From an uncultured archaeon (GTDB lineage Archaea > Asgardarchaeota > Jordiarchaeia > Jordiarchaeales > Jordiarchaeaceae), in contig CAZECW010000187.1 in the NCBI GenBank assembly GCA_964510585.1, positions 1 through 32,000 on the forward strand: a stretch of DNA of 32,000 nucleotides, written 5' to 3'. Under the pieces are notes generated by a model. The model was not told where the DNA came from, made no database searches, and was given only the letters and a program-made list of their open reading frames with translations. Position numbers and translations under genes: made by a program. Numbering within the stretch: the stretch's first letter is position 1; the number at the start of each line of letters is the position of its first letter. Positions 8,930-18,466 of this stretch are shown here, in pieces.

Positions 8930-10561
8930 CTAGATACAGTTCAATCCACATTTGGAACATTTGATACTACAACTCGGAGTCATTATTTCTCTGTAGGCAT
9001 TTTCCCTTTCTCTCAAAAGAAAAGTCTTAGAAACTCCCACATCCACTTTATCCCAAGGATAGAATGCCTCAGGATCCCTCTCACGATTAACAATATCCTT
9101 AAGGGAAATTCTGGTCTCGCTTAAAGCCCGCCTCCATGCCCCTAAACTCCCCCCATAAAGCGAAGACAACTCTATAACTTTCCCAACATCGGCGCCGCCA
9201 AGGGAAAGAAGCGCTTCTATGGCTCCCCATCTAGGATCAAATCCCTCCATAATGACTCTCGGATTTCCCTTTAACTTTGAGGAAATAAGATTTGTAGACT
9301 TCCGAATGTACTCTATTGATGGTTGAGCCTCCCACATGAAGGGTGTGTGGGGCTTGGGCACGAAGGGATTAATGCTTAATCTAACTCCCCGGGAGGGGAA
9401 TCCCAGAGACCCAATGCGGCTAGCCAAATCCACAATGCCCTCCAAGTCAGCAGATGTTTCTGTAGGTAAACCCAGAATGAAATACATCTTAAGGTTTTGA
9501 AGTTTCTGTTGGATTGCCTCCGCCGCAGAAAAAATCTCGTCATCACTGAAACCTTTATTTAATACAGTCCTTAACCTATCGGTTCCCGCCTCCGGTGCCA
9601 GTGTTGCAGTTCTCTGGCCTCCCTTGGCCAGCGCCTCCAACAACTCATCAGAAATACAATCTACACGAAGACTCGATACTGAAATCTCTAAACCCATATT
9701 TACAATACTCCAACATAGGTTAACCAAATCCCTGTATCCCGAAAGGGAGGGAGCTATAAGTGTGACTTTCTTAACTCTTGAACGTTCAACCCCTTCCTCT
9801 ATGGTTGAAAGCGCAGTTTTCATACTGAGGTTCCGCATAGGTCTACCTGTAAAGCCTATCAAGCAAAATCTACACCCCCACTCACAGCCTCTAGAAATTT
9901 CTAATAGGAGGGACTTGCCAAAGACAGGCATAAAAGGGCTGTCCTCCTCCACTTGGGGAATAACTTGCATTGTAGGCCTATAGGCCTCCTCGAGACTCTT
10001 GCACCAAACCCTTTTTACAGGCCCCTCAGAATATCTGGGCACATAAATGCCCGGAAGCTCAGAGAGTGTTTCAAGATTTTGTCTGGAAAGATTTCCCTCA
10101 AGATAAGTATCCAGTAAATCGTCAAGCACTGGTTCAGCATCGCCCACCACAAAAAGGTCAATATGTTCCGATAGAGGTTCGGGGTTCTCAGAAACACAAG
10201 GCCCGCCGGCAACTATTAACGGATGATTAGCTTTACGATCAATAGAGCGGAGAGGAATGCCTGCATTTGAAATCATCCTCAAAACATTTGTGTAATCCGT
10301 CTCAAATTGAAGCGAAAAACCCACAACATCAAAATCTCTTAGTTGTTGCCTTGATTCAAGTGAGTAGGGCGGTTGGCCTCCTGAACTAATCACTCTTTCA
10401 CAAGCAACATCTGAGCGAGCATTTAACATAGCATAAAGAGTATGAAAACCATAACAGGACATTGCAACCTGGTACCCACTAGGAAAGGCTAGGGCAAATT
10501 TAATGTCCACCTTTCTTAAATCTTTTCTAATAGCATTAATTTCTCGAACGTTTCTCCTCAA
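8930..10561 (-). CDS. Radical SAM protein with B12-binding-like N-terminal domain (TIGR03960-like)
   Basis: EISRGCEWGCRFC (CxxxCxxC), GFSLQFE, AGGPC...NPEP, TLAPEAG, YFILGLPTE, FVPKPHTPF, C-terminal CSIKCSKCG; TTG start with AGGTG. Confidence 0.88.
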   Translation of the reverse strand: MRRNVREINAIRKDLRKVDIKFALAFPSGYQVAMSCYGFHTLYAMLNARSDVACERVISSGGQPPYSLESRQQLRDFDVVGFSLQFETDYTNVLRMISNAGIPLRSIDRKANHPLIVAGGPCVSENPEPLSEHIDLFVVGDAEPVLDDLLDTYLEGNLSRQNLETLSELPGIYVPRYSEGPVKRVWCKSLEEAYRPTMQVIPQVEEDSPFMPVFGKSLLLEISRGCEWGCRFCLIGFTGRPMRNLSMKTALSTIEEGVERSRVKKVTLIAPSLSGYRDLVNLCWSIVNMGLEISVSSLRVDCISDELLEALAKGGQRTATLAPEAGTDRLRTVLNKGFSDDEIFSAAEAIQQKLQNLKMYFILGLPTETSADLEGIVDLASRIGSLGFPSRGVRLSINPFVPKPHTPFMWEAQPSIEYIRKSTNLISSKLKGNPRVIMEGFDPRWGAIEALLSLGGADVGKVIELSSLYGGSLGAWRRALSETRISLKDIVNRERDPEAFYPWDKVDVGVSKTFLLRERENAYREIMTPSCSIKCSKCGLNCI

Positions 10562-10764
10562 GTAAACACCTATCCCTCTTTAAGCCACTAAAAACTTGTA
10601 AAAGACCCCAAATTATTTGCGATCAACTTCGACTTTTGATTCTATTGACCCTTCGTTGACTACAGAAATTGTCTAGCTTTTGAAATTTTTCGTATATCTA
10701 AGAACCATTTATTATATCTCTTTTCTTCTCTTCCCCTTTTTTCGTTTTGTGGTGTTTTAACGTT

Positions 10765-12057
10765 TTATTCTCCAGAGGTCTTTTCTGGGTCAATTTTTTT
10801 AAATTCCAAAACTTGTTTTTGTACGACCAATGAGTTTTCGGGGACATCTTCGAATAAGTTTATGTTGGGTCCTATGAGACTGTTGGGTCCTATTTTAACT
10901 CCCGGCATTATTGTGGTTCCTATACCTGTTTTTACATTGTCCCCTATCATTGCTCCCAGTTTTCTCCTCCCTGTATCCACCTTTTCACCCTTTACAGGTA
11001 TCACAATATATTTTTCATCTAATCTGAGATTTGCCGTGATGGTTCCTGCACCCAAGTTAACATTTTCTCCTATTATGCTATCTCCAACATAGGATAGGTG
11101 CGCCACTTTAGTTCCATCCAAGATAATGGTGTTTTTAATTTCACAAGCGTTTCCCACATGGCACCTGTTCCCCACAGTTGTACACTCCCTGATATAGCTA
11201 TTGGGTCCGATGTCGCAATCCTCACCAATGTGCACAGGGCCTCTTATATAGGTTCCTGACCTAATAATTGTGTTTTTACCAATGTATACAGGCGGAATTA
11301 TAGTTACCCTATCCTCTATTTCTCCCTCTATTTTGGGCTCCGCGTTTTTGATGAGGATTGTATTCGCGTCCAGGAGATCCCAAGGGTGACCTATATCAAA
11401 CCAATAGGTAGTTATCTTATAAACGAGCACATTTTTTCCTTGGTTGATGAGAATTTGGATGGAATCAGTTATTTCATACTCGCCCCTCTGTGACTTTTCT
11501 GTTTGTTTAATTGCTTCAAAAATCACAGGGCTAAACAGGTATATGCCCGCATTTACGTTGTCCGATGGCGTTGTTTGGGTGGGCTTCTCAATGATTCTTT
11601 TTACCCGCTCCCCCTCTGTCTGGACTATCCCATATTTGGAGGGGTTAGGAACCTGTGTTACAGAAACAATAGCGTCCGGCTTTTCTTTTTCGAACTTGCT
11701 TTTCAATTCCTGATATGTTGTTTCTTTGGTTATTACATCGCCGTTAATTAACATAAAAGGCTCATTTTCTACAAATTTTTCTGCCAATCCTGCCGCGTGG
11801 GCTGTGCCCAAAACCTCCGGCTGCACTATGTATGATATTTTAATTCCAAATTTTTCACCCTTCCCGAGAGTTTCAAATATTTTCTCTTTAAGGTATCCCA
11901 CAACAATAAGTACCTCACTAATACCCGACTTTTTTAACGCTTCTAGGGTATGTTCTAGGAGTGGCTTTCCCGCTATTGGAAGCACATGTTTGGGGCGAGT
12001 AATTGTAAGTGGCCTCAACCTCGTCCCTTCGCCGGCAGCTAGAATAACTGCTTTCAA
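10765..12057 (-). CDS. glmU: Bifunctional sugar-1-phosphate nucleotidylyltransferase / acetyltransferase (archaeal GlmU)
   Basis: ILAAGEGTRLRPLT...PK, LGTAHA, RGEYEITD, hexapeptide left-handed beta-helix, HLSYVGDS, NLGAGT. Start refined to TTG 12057 (GGAGG 7 nt upstream). Confidence 0.9.
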   Translation of the reverse strand: MKAVILAAGEGTRLRPLTITRPKHVLPIAGKPLLEHTLEALKKSGISEVLIVVGYLKEKIFETLGKGEKFGIKISYIVQPEVLGTAHAAGLAEKFVENEPFMLINGDVITKETTYQELKSKFEKEKPDAIVSVTQVPNPSKYGIVQTEGERVKRIIEKPTQTTPSDNVNAGIYLFSPVIFEAIKQTEKSQRGEYEITDSIQILINQGKNVLVYKITTYWFDIGHPWDLLDANTILIKNAEPKIEGEIEDRVTIIPPVYIGKNTIIRSGTYIRGPVHIGEDCDIGPNSYIRECTTVGNRCHVGNACEIKNTIILDGTKVAHLSYVGDSIIGENVNLGAGTITANLRLDEKYIVIPVKGEKVDTGRRKLGAMIGDNVKTGIGTTIMPGVKIGPNSLIGPNINLFEDVPENSLVVQKQVLEFKKIDPEKTSGE

Positions 12058-12103
12058 CAAGAATCCTCCCAAAACCTTCGTCTAAAATATGAGTTCTTAT
12101 ATT

Positions 12104-12718
12104 TTAATGAGGGACGAATTTTTTTAAAGGGTCATCTTTCATTATTTCTTCCAATGCTTTTAGTTTTAATCCCTTTAAATCATCTCCAAATATTTCACAT
12201 TTTTCCTTAAGATTGATATCTTCTAAGGGACGTATTACAATTTCGGTTTCATAGCCTTGTGGTGTTTTGAGGAAAATGTGTAAATATGTTTTTTTAGTGG
12301 AACCAATGGTTTTTACGGTTCTTTCCTGCCTTATTACACTATACCCGCTTTTATTTATTGCTTCTAATACCGCCCTTTCGTCATCACTATACACCCGGAT
12401 ATCAATATCGCTGCCCCTATGTGCTGTTCCCCTCCAAACTGACCCCACAAGGACAGGGTTAAACTCTTCAAGAATCTTCATGATTTTCAAAGCTTCACTC
12501 CGCATACTCTTGAGAAGCTCACCCCTTTCTTGTCCTTCTAACATTTCAGATATCTGGTCTAACTCTTCAGCGATTTCCTTATTGGTGGGTAGAACTTTGA
12601 CGCCGAGAGATTTGGCTGCCTCACGCTTAGCAGCGTAGTACTCAGCCGCCAATCCATAATAAATAAGACGCGCGGCTTCTTTTGCCACCTGCCTTCTCTT
12701 ATCCAGATTCACCACCAA
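12104..12718 (-). CDS. Predicted Pol-beta-family nucleotidyltransferase
   Basis: LVGSVWRG...SDIDIRV (GS..DxD motif) preceded by a helical VAKEAARL...AKREAA domain. Confidence 0.75.
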   Translation of the reverse strand: MVVNLDKRRQVAKEAARLIYYGLAAEYYAAKREAAKSLGVKVLPTNKEIAEELDQISEMLEGQERGELLKSMRSEALKIMKILEEFNPVLVGSVWRGTAHRGSDIDIRVYSDDERAVLEAINKSGYSVIRQERTVKTIGSTKKTYLHIFLKTPQGYETEIVIRPLEDINLKEKCEIFGDDLKGLKLKALEEIMKDDPLKKFVPH

Positions 12719-12859
12719 GCGCCCAATTTAATTTCTATTATCAGACACCCTTTTTCTCGACATCCTTATCTTTATCTCTTAAAAACTGCATTTATAATTT
12801 TTTCAACAGATTTAAATTATCATATACTTAAAAATAAAAAATTAGAGAGAACTATGCAC

Positions 12860-13894
12860 TTAAATTTTTTTGGCACAGTCTCTGAAATAAATTACACCAT
12901 TTAAAATTATGAGTATACCCGCGACCACTGCTAGAACAATTGCAACCGTCCAGAACACCGTTGTGCTGAAGGACCAGATAAGTAAAATCCTCTGGAACAA
13001 AGCAATACCATATACAAGACCCGCCATAGCTGTAAACACGAACCTGATGTTTTCCTTTTCGTCTACTATAGTGAGTTTTAAGAGCATTCCTAAACCCAAA
13101 GCTAGAAGTGCGGCTCCCTCGATTAGCGGCTCACCCATAAATAGAGACGATGGAAGCAATGTTATGGAAGCAAATTGAGAAATATGTGAGGTGACCAGTG
13201 TAGCTTTTGTCCAATCGGCGAAAGCCAGCAGCCACACCGCAACAGTCGATAAGGGAAACACTATTTTTCTAAAGTCCTCAGGAACATTTGGTATGATCCA
13301 ACTCACAAGAGCTAACACTATAAGTAAAATAGCAGCAATTAACAAAAGGTACTGCCAGAATCCAGTGTCTAAACCAACTAAAAAGCCCAGGTATGCTACT
13401 TGGAATGTTACTTGATCATATAACCAAACAGTGCCCAATTGGAACCCACATATGGCTAATAGAAGTAGGTACACCGAACCCAAAAGAACTCCCAAAATCT
13501 TGGAGTACTTTTGTAAAATTTCACGTTGCTCAGCGAGGTAGAATGCCAAGCCATATACCACTAGCATTATGCCTGCGCCAGCAAAGCAAGCAACAGCAAT
13601 TCTAGAAATTAAGAAGGGAATAGACATAGCGTTAATCAGAATGAAACCAATTATGATGGAACTCCTGAACAAAAACCAGTACTGAACAAAATCACGCGAA
13701 ACTAGGAAGGCTATACCACCAAATATGATTGCTAAACCAAGTATAATCAGCGTTATAGGCAACATTCTTCCAGAAAATTCTTCAAACCCCGCAGAAAAAA
13801 CGCCGCCCGTTGGCCTTTTATTTCTCGGCTTAGATGGCTTTACTGCCAGTTCAGTAGTTTCCGCCTCAGATTCCCTAGATTGATTCTCAGCCAT
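12860..13894 (-). CDS. Multi-pass membrane protein of unknown function
   Basis: About 344 aa with roughly 9-10 hydrophobic segments after a charged N-terminus. Start refined to ATG 13894 (MAENQ). Confidence 0.75.
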   Translation of the reverse strand: MAENQSRESEAETTELAVKPSKPRNKRPTGGVFSAGFEEFSGRMLPITLIILGLAIIFGGIAFLVSRDFVQYWFLFRSSIIIGFILINAMSIPFLISRIAVACFAGAGIMLVVYGLAFYLAEQREILQKYSKILGVLLGSVYLLLLAICGFQLGTVWLYDQVTFQVAYLGFLVGLDTGFWQYLLLIAAILLIVLALVSWIIPNVPEDFRKIVFPLSTVAVWLLAFADWTKATLVTSHISQFASITLLPSSLFMGEPLIEGAALLALGLGMLLKLTIVDEKENIRFVFTAMAGLVYGIALFQRILLIWSFSTTVFWTVAIVLAVVAGILIILNGVIYFRDCAKKI

Positions 13895-14161
13895 TTCAAA
13901 TCCCAACAAGTTTATTTCCTTAATACTAGAGCACCCGTAATTAAAAGTTTTTTGAGACGACAAACGTTTTTCATGTAAACACCCCGAGAAACGCGTCTGG
14001 AACGATTTTGAGTCGGCTCACATAAGTGGTTCACATTCTCCCCCTTGTTCCCCCATTCTCACAAAAAGCGTCTCGTAGGAATTCTACCCTATTTGAAGCC
14101 TAACCCTTTTTTGGAAACTCTTTACCCTCCAAGTATCTTAAGTCGCAAAAATGCACTGAAC

Positions 14162-14376
14162 TTTTTGCACCTATTTTGGGCACTGTTAACCCTATGGCAC
14201 CTGTTGTGCGCTGTACATTTTTCGTCTCAAACGCCCTTCTTCCTAGACGTGTTTCAGCGTGCTTCACTGGTGGAACAACTGAGAGCAGGCTCCCATCACA
14301 GGGGGCTTAGAACACGTTCCAAACATGCACACAATAGGTAACTCCTAGTTAATTGTGCCCTATTTTGTACAGAAAA
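14162..14376 (+). ncRNA. Candidate structured non-coding RNA or miniature inverted-repeat element
   Basis: Nested imperfect stems: 14178-14190/14348-14360 (12 of 13 pairs), 14199-14211/14327-14339 (12 of 13), 14246-14253/14311-14318 (8 bp), hairpin 14287-14294/14301-14308. G-U wobbles are mostly satisfied on the + strand. No known family recognised. Confidence 0.35.
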
Positions 14377-14734
14377 TTACCGCATAAAAGCTGATTCAAA
14401 CCATTTAAGACACAATTTTACAGATACTCATTTCCATTTTTTAAAGCGGTTGAAATGTTTACCAACTTTCCATAACAGGTTTTGGAAAGATCCTCTACAA
14501 CTACCTTTCGGTTTTAAAACACCTTCTTAAAGATGGTTCAGTAAACTGTAAGAGTTAAAATGTTTAAAAGAACAAAAGAAGAATAGGAAGGTTTTAGCTG
14601 AATTCCAATAGACCTCCAATAGTTCAGTTTTCATACTTTCCTCCTCGGCCCCTTGTTGTTTTCCTTAAACTATAATTGGGTCTGTCAACGTTCAGGGTTC
14701 TCCCGCCTCTAATGAACTCACTTGATTCTTATTT

Positions 14735-14983
14735 TTAAGCGAGCCTGTATTTGTTTTGTCTTAGATCCAGAAGATTCGGAACCTTGTCCACTATTCCATT
14801 TTCTAGTAGTGTTTTTAGTGCGTATCTTACTGTTCTGGGTGCGAAGTTTGTCTTTTTAAAGATGGCTTTGGGAGTAAGTGCGCCTTCTTTTCTCAAAATC
14901 TCCATAACTATTAGTGCGGACTGGGGCAGATGGCAATTTTCCTCTTTTTCCTTAACTTTTTCCACAACAGCTGTTGACGCCAT
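14735..14983 (-). CDS. Small winged-helix transcriptional regulator
   Basis: LPQSALIVMEILRKEGALTPKAI...PRTVRYALKTLLENGIV...DLRQNKY wHTH pattern. Start refined to ATG 14983 (AAAGGAGG 9 nt upstream). Confidence 0.8.
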   Translation of the reverse strand: MASTAVVEKVKEKEENCHLPQSALIVMEILRKEGALTPKAIFKKTNFAPRTVRYALKTLLENGIVDKVPNLLDLRQNKYRLA

Positions 14984-15047
14984 GGTTTTTTTCCTCCTTT
15001 TCATAAATTTTAGTATAAATGTTTATTTAGTCTTATTAAAATTTTTT

Positions 15048-15131
15048 ACATAAAAAGGATATGTCTTTATGCTCTTTTTATGTCAACATAAAAAACATAA
15101 AAATTAGTAAAACAAGAAAATTAACATAAAA
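15048..15131. promoter_or_regulatory. Operator-like array of ACATAAAAA boxes
   Basis: ACATAAAAA at 15048-56, 15086-94 and 15095-103, ACATAAAA at 15124-31; palindrome TTTTTATGT-CA-ACATAAAAA at 15075-15094. Confidence 0.45.
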
Positions 15132-15349
15132 TTTTTACCACAGGAAACCAATTGACATCAAAATCATACATAGGGCATGCCTTTAAGCACCAATAAATAT
15201 ACATGCAATAACTTGTTTCCAAAATTGTTCAAAACCTAATTACTTATAGGGTGGAGAGCCAGTCAAGTTATTTTGGAAAACACGACAAAACTCAAGTCTG
15301 GAAATAATTATGTACGCGATAAGTTTTAAAGGAAAACAATTTAATCTGC

Positions 15350-15357
15350 TTATATAT
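15350..15357 (+). promoter_or_regulatory. Putative TATA box (TTATATAT) of rps3ae
   Basis: Located 27-34 nt upstream of the TTG start at 15384. Confidence 0.45.
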
Positions 15358-15383
15358 ATAAAGAGTATGCTGAGAGTGGTAAC

Positions 15384-16043
15384 TTGAGTAAAAAGACTGG
15401 TACGCACGACACCTGGCGTGATAAGCAATGGTATAGTATAATTGCCCCTCCCTATTTTGGTAACATTGAGGCGGGCGAAACCATTTCAGACAACCCTGAA
15501 AAGTTGATTGGACGAGTTGTGGAAACCACGCTCTACGATGTGACAGGTGATTTCTCCCTTATACATGTTAAGTTGTTTTTCAAGATAATTGATGTCAAAG
15601 GAAACAATGCTTACACTGAGTTTAAAGGTCATGACTTAACAAGGGATTATCTGAGAAGCTTGGTGCGCAGAGGAAGTAGCAGAATTGACGGAATTTTTGA
15701 CGTACAGACCAAGGATGGTAGAATTCTACGCGTCTCTGCCGTAGCCTTTACACTGAATCGAGCTAAAACAAGCCAGGAGAGACTGGTGCGGAAAATAATG
15801 CGCGATATAGTCTCGTCAAAAGCTTCACAGCTCGCTTTTGGTGAATTTGTGCAGGAGGCTGTACTGGGAAAAATTGCCTCAGAAATTTATAACCAAGCAA
15901 AGAAAGTAATCCCCCTCAGGAAGTGCGAAATAAGGAAATCTAAAGTGTTAACCAAGTCCAAAACAGTGAAGGCAGTAATGGAAGAAGCGATGGAACAAAG
16001 GAGAACTGAAATTGTTGAAGGGGGTGAGTCAGTAGCCTCCTAA
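15384..16043 (+). CDS. rps3ae: 30S ribosomal protein S3Ae (eS1)
   Basis: DTWRDKQWYSIIAPPYFG, IGRVVETTLYDVTGD, HDLTRDYLRSLVRRGSSRID, IPLRKCEIRKSKV. Confidence 0.97.
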   Translation: MSKKTGTHDTWRDKQWYSIIAPPYFGNIEAGETISDNPEKLIGRVVETTLYDVTGDFSLIHVKLFFKIIDVKGNNAYTEFKGHDLTRDYLRSLVRRGSSRIDGIFDVQTKDGRILRVSAVAFTLNRAKTSQERLVRKIMRDIVSSKASQLAFGEFVQEAVLGKIASEIYNQAKKVIPLRKCEIRKSKVLTKSKTVKAVMEEAMEQRRTEIVEGGESVAS

Positions 16044-16099
16044 AATACTTGGACTCGTCTCCTAGGCTTTAAGATTTTTAAGTGAGGTGCGTGGGGAAA

Positions 16100-16240
16100 A
16101 TGTCTGAAAAATGTATTAGGTGTGGTTCAGCTGAAGTGGATGTGGTGGTGAAGCAACCAATACCCAAAGGTTTTAAATACACTTATAAGTGTTTAAAATG
16201 CCAGCAAACATGGACAAAAGAGAAAAAATCCAAAGTCTAG
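16100..16240 (+). CDS. 46-aa zinc-ribbon micro-protein (not in ORF track)
   Basis: Manual translation MSEKCIRCGSAEVDVVVKQPIPKGFKYTYKCLKCQQTWTKEKKSKV* has two CxxC knuckles; GAGGTG at 16084-16089. Confidence 0.72.
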   Translation: MSEKCIRCGSAEVDVVVKQPIPKGFKYTYKCLKCQQTWTKEKKSKV

Positions 16241-16252
16241 CCACCCCTATTC

Positions 16253-16504
16253 TCACTTCTCGGCGAGAGAGATTAGGCTTTCAGTTAGGCATATACTTGC
16301 AAGTATATCATCTAATGTGGAAATGAGAGTTTCAATCTTGCAAATGCATTCCACAACTATTTTTACTTCCCTACCCTCAAAGGACATATCTATCGAAATG
16401 TTTTCCGGCAGTGGCTTGTTGTCTGGTGTTAATGATTTGGTGATAATTTCTGCTTGTTTCTGATTCTGGTATTCTATGTTGATGCTTGCCTTTATTTGGA
16501 CCAT
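16253..16504 (-). CDS. pcc1: KEOPS complex subunit Pcc1
   Basis: 83 aa, AEIITKSLTPDN...IETLISTLDDIL pattern; conserved position after the RecJ-like gene. Confidence 0.85.
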   Translation of the reverse strand: MVQIKASINIEYQNQKQAEIITKSLTPDNKPLPENISIDMSFEGREVKIVVECICKIETLISTLDDILASICLTESLISLAEK

Positions 16505-17958
16505 TTTTTTCCACTCAGCTGTTTTTCTATTATCTTATTCAAAAGTTGTAATAGTTTAGTCTCAGTGCCTGCGGCTATGTGTGCTCCCGCCGCGATGTTG
16601 TGGCCGCCGGCTGTGCCTTCTGGGCTTAGTTCTTTCACTGCGGCTCTTAGAGCAGATCCTAGGTCTATTCCCTGTTGCACTTGATAGTCGGTGGCTCTGG
16701 CAGAGACTTTTACCATTCCGTCTGAGGATTCTGCGAAGGCAAATACTGGTTTGTCTTGCGGGATTATACCTGAGGAAATGGCTATTGAGGCTATTGTTCC
16801 TATGATTCTGTCGTCTATGAGGTTGCCTCCGTGAAAATATTGGAGGTGTTCCTCCTGGATTACGTTTCCCGGTTTTGTGAGCCAACCCATGTAGCCTGCC
16901 AATTTTTCACGGTAATCTGAGGTGATGCTTTCCACTTCTTCCAGTGCTTTTGATCTGTCTCCTAAACATATGGCTACTCCTAGGCCCGGTTTTCTCATGC
17001 GTCCACACGCATTTAGTAAAGCTGAGTATTCTCTAGCGTCTCTAAGTGGGGTTTGCTTCTCTTCCTTTGGTAGAATGTATATGACGCCTACTATGCTTTG
17101 TGCTTCTTCAGGGGTCATTTCAGCGGGTCCCAGCATGTATTGGATGAGTTCGGATACTAGTTTCGTTTTCTCTTCTTGGGTAAGGTCGGATATTGTTCTC
17201 CAGTTGCCGTTATCTTTTAATGGGATTTTTACCTTTTCCGTTAGGAATTTGAGACACGCTCCATGGTTTCCAGATAGTCCGGGTATGAAGGGATCCGTGG
17301 TGTACTCCAGAGCCATAGCTATGGGGCGTGTTTCTCTTCCAAAAAGACGAACTCCCGTGGTTTCCTCGAGTACACCCTGATTTATTCCATCCTTTACTAT
17401 CTCGGTATTCAACCCGAATAATCGGTGTTGTTCCCCTTTGTCCTGTCTGTCTCCAAGTGCACCCACAACTGCGAGGGGCGCATATTTCATGTTTGACTCA
17501 TCTATACCTTTAGCTACTAGGTAGGCTACCCCTGAACCACTAATTTCTGTGGCTCCATCAATGCCAGCTAGATGTGGATTTGCTTGAATTATTGTGGTTT
17601 CTTTTTCCGGAGGATGATGATCTATTATTATAACGGAATCCGGTGGGAGATTTTTTTCAATAATTCCTATCTGGCCACTGCCTAGGTCGGTAAAGATAAA
17701 TACACTATCTTTGGCGTCTTTGATTTCGCGGAGATTTTCTTCCCTCAATTGCTGAACTATTCTGAGATGGAAGCGTGCCTTGCGTTTAAGAAGAAAAGAA
17801 GATGTTATGCTGGCGGCGGCTATGCCGTCTGCGTCAAGGTGAGATATTATGCGGAAGAATAGGTCTTTTTCACAAGCTTCTAGTATCTTCTCAGAAACCT
17901 TTTTACATTGTTCGTATAATTTTGAAAATTTTTCACTCAAAGTCCGCTTATCCCACAC
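16492..17958 (-). CDS. DHH-family RecJ/Cdc45-like nuclease (GAN-type)
   Basis: SHLDADG, FTDLGSG, IIDHH, GALGD, LLNACGR and GGHNIAAG motifs all intact. The position between rps15 and pcc1 matches the GAN locus in Thermococcales as I recall it. Confidence 0.88.
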   Translation of the reverse strand: MWDKRTLSEKFSKLYEQCKKVSEKILEACEKDLFFRIISHLDADGIAAASITSSFLLKRKARFHLRIVQQLREENLREIKDAKDSVFIFTDLGSGQIGIIEKNLPPDSVIIIDHHPPEKETTIIQANPHLAGIDGATEISGSGVAYLVAKGIDESNMKYAPLAVVGALGDRQDKGEQHRLFGLNTEIVKDGINQGVLEETTGVRLFGRETRPIAMALEYTTDPFIPGLSGNHGACLKFLTEKVKIPLKDNGNWRTISDLTQEEKTKLVSELIQYMLGPAEMTPEEAQSIVGVIYILPKEEKQTPLRDAREYSALLNACGRMRKPGLGVAICLGDRSKALEEVESITSDYREKLAGYMGWLTKPGNVIQEEHLQYFHGGNLIDDRIIGTIASIAISSGIIPQDKPVFAFAESSDGMVKVSARATDYQVQQGIDLGSALRAAVKELSPEGTAGGHNIAAGAHIAAGTETKLLQLLNKIIEKQLSGKKWSK

Positions 17959-17962
17959 TCGT

Positions 17963-18418
17963 TTACCTTATTAGAGTGGCGGCTCTTTCAGGTTCATATC
18001 TCCAGTCTGGTGGTAAAACTTTGCGCCTCTTGTAATACTTTGATAATCTGTGAATTTTGGATTCGGTTTCCTGTAATCCCCTTTTTGAATGTAGATCTTT
18101 AGGGTTCTCCTCTAAATGTTTTCTTATGGTGACTGCCTTTTTTATAAGGTTGGTTAAGGGTTCAGGCATGGAAGGCGCTAAACCGTTCTCAGCCAATACT
18201 TGTGTAATGGACTTGCCTATTATTGCTTTAACTAGAGGTACTCCATACTGGTCTCTCAAAATTAATCCAATCATTGATGGTGGTTGTCCTGCTTTTCCAA
18301 GTTCAATTATCTTGTCTATTACCCATTCGGGAGTGCGGTCAAACCATTCTGGTGGCTTTAGCACGGGAGGCCTAGTAGAACCAGATTTTCCCTTCGACTT
18401 TGAGTGCATTCTTGCCAT
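17963..18418 (-). CDS. rps15: 30S ribosomal protein S15P/S13e (uS15)
   Basis: MARMHSKSKGKSGSTRP, GLILRDQYGVP, DLHSKRGL, PPDWRY. Confidence 0.97.
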   Translation of the reverse strand: MARMHSKSKGKSGSTRPPVLKPPEWFDRTPEWVIDKIIELGKAGQPPSMIGLILRDQYGVPLVKAIIGKSITQVLAENGLAPSMPEPLTNLIKKAVTIRKHLEENPKDLHSKRGLQETESKIHRLSKYYKRRKVLPPDWRYEPERAATLIR

Positions 18419-18466
18419 TATTAATCCTCTGTTCTTTGTTTGTAGGGATAGAAATAGTAACCATCC

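Noticed and set aside
14250-14305. C/D box sRNA on the minus strand (GTGATGG ... CTGA)
   Set aside because: C box is degenerate and internal D'/C' spacing does not give two guide regions of normal length.
14045-14341. 98-aa + strand ORF in the intergenic region
   Set aside because: No SD, no motif, atypical composition; the region is better explained by the nested stem structure.
13966-14635. Extra copies of the ATGAAAAAC half-site (13966-74, 14627-35) matching the 27.3-kb boxes
   Set aside because: An AT-rich 9-mer is expected roughly once by chance in a window of this size, and neither copy has the palindromic second half.
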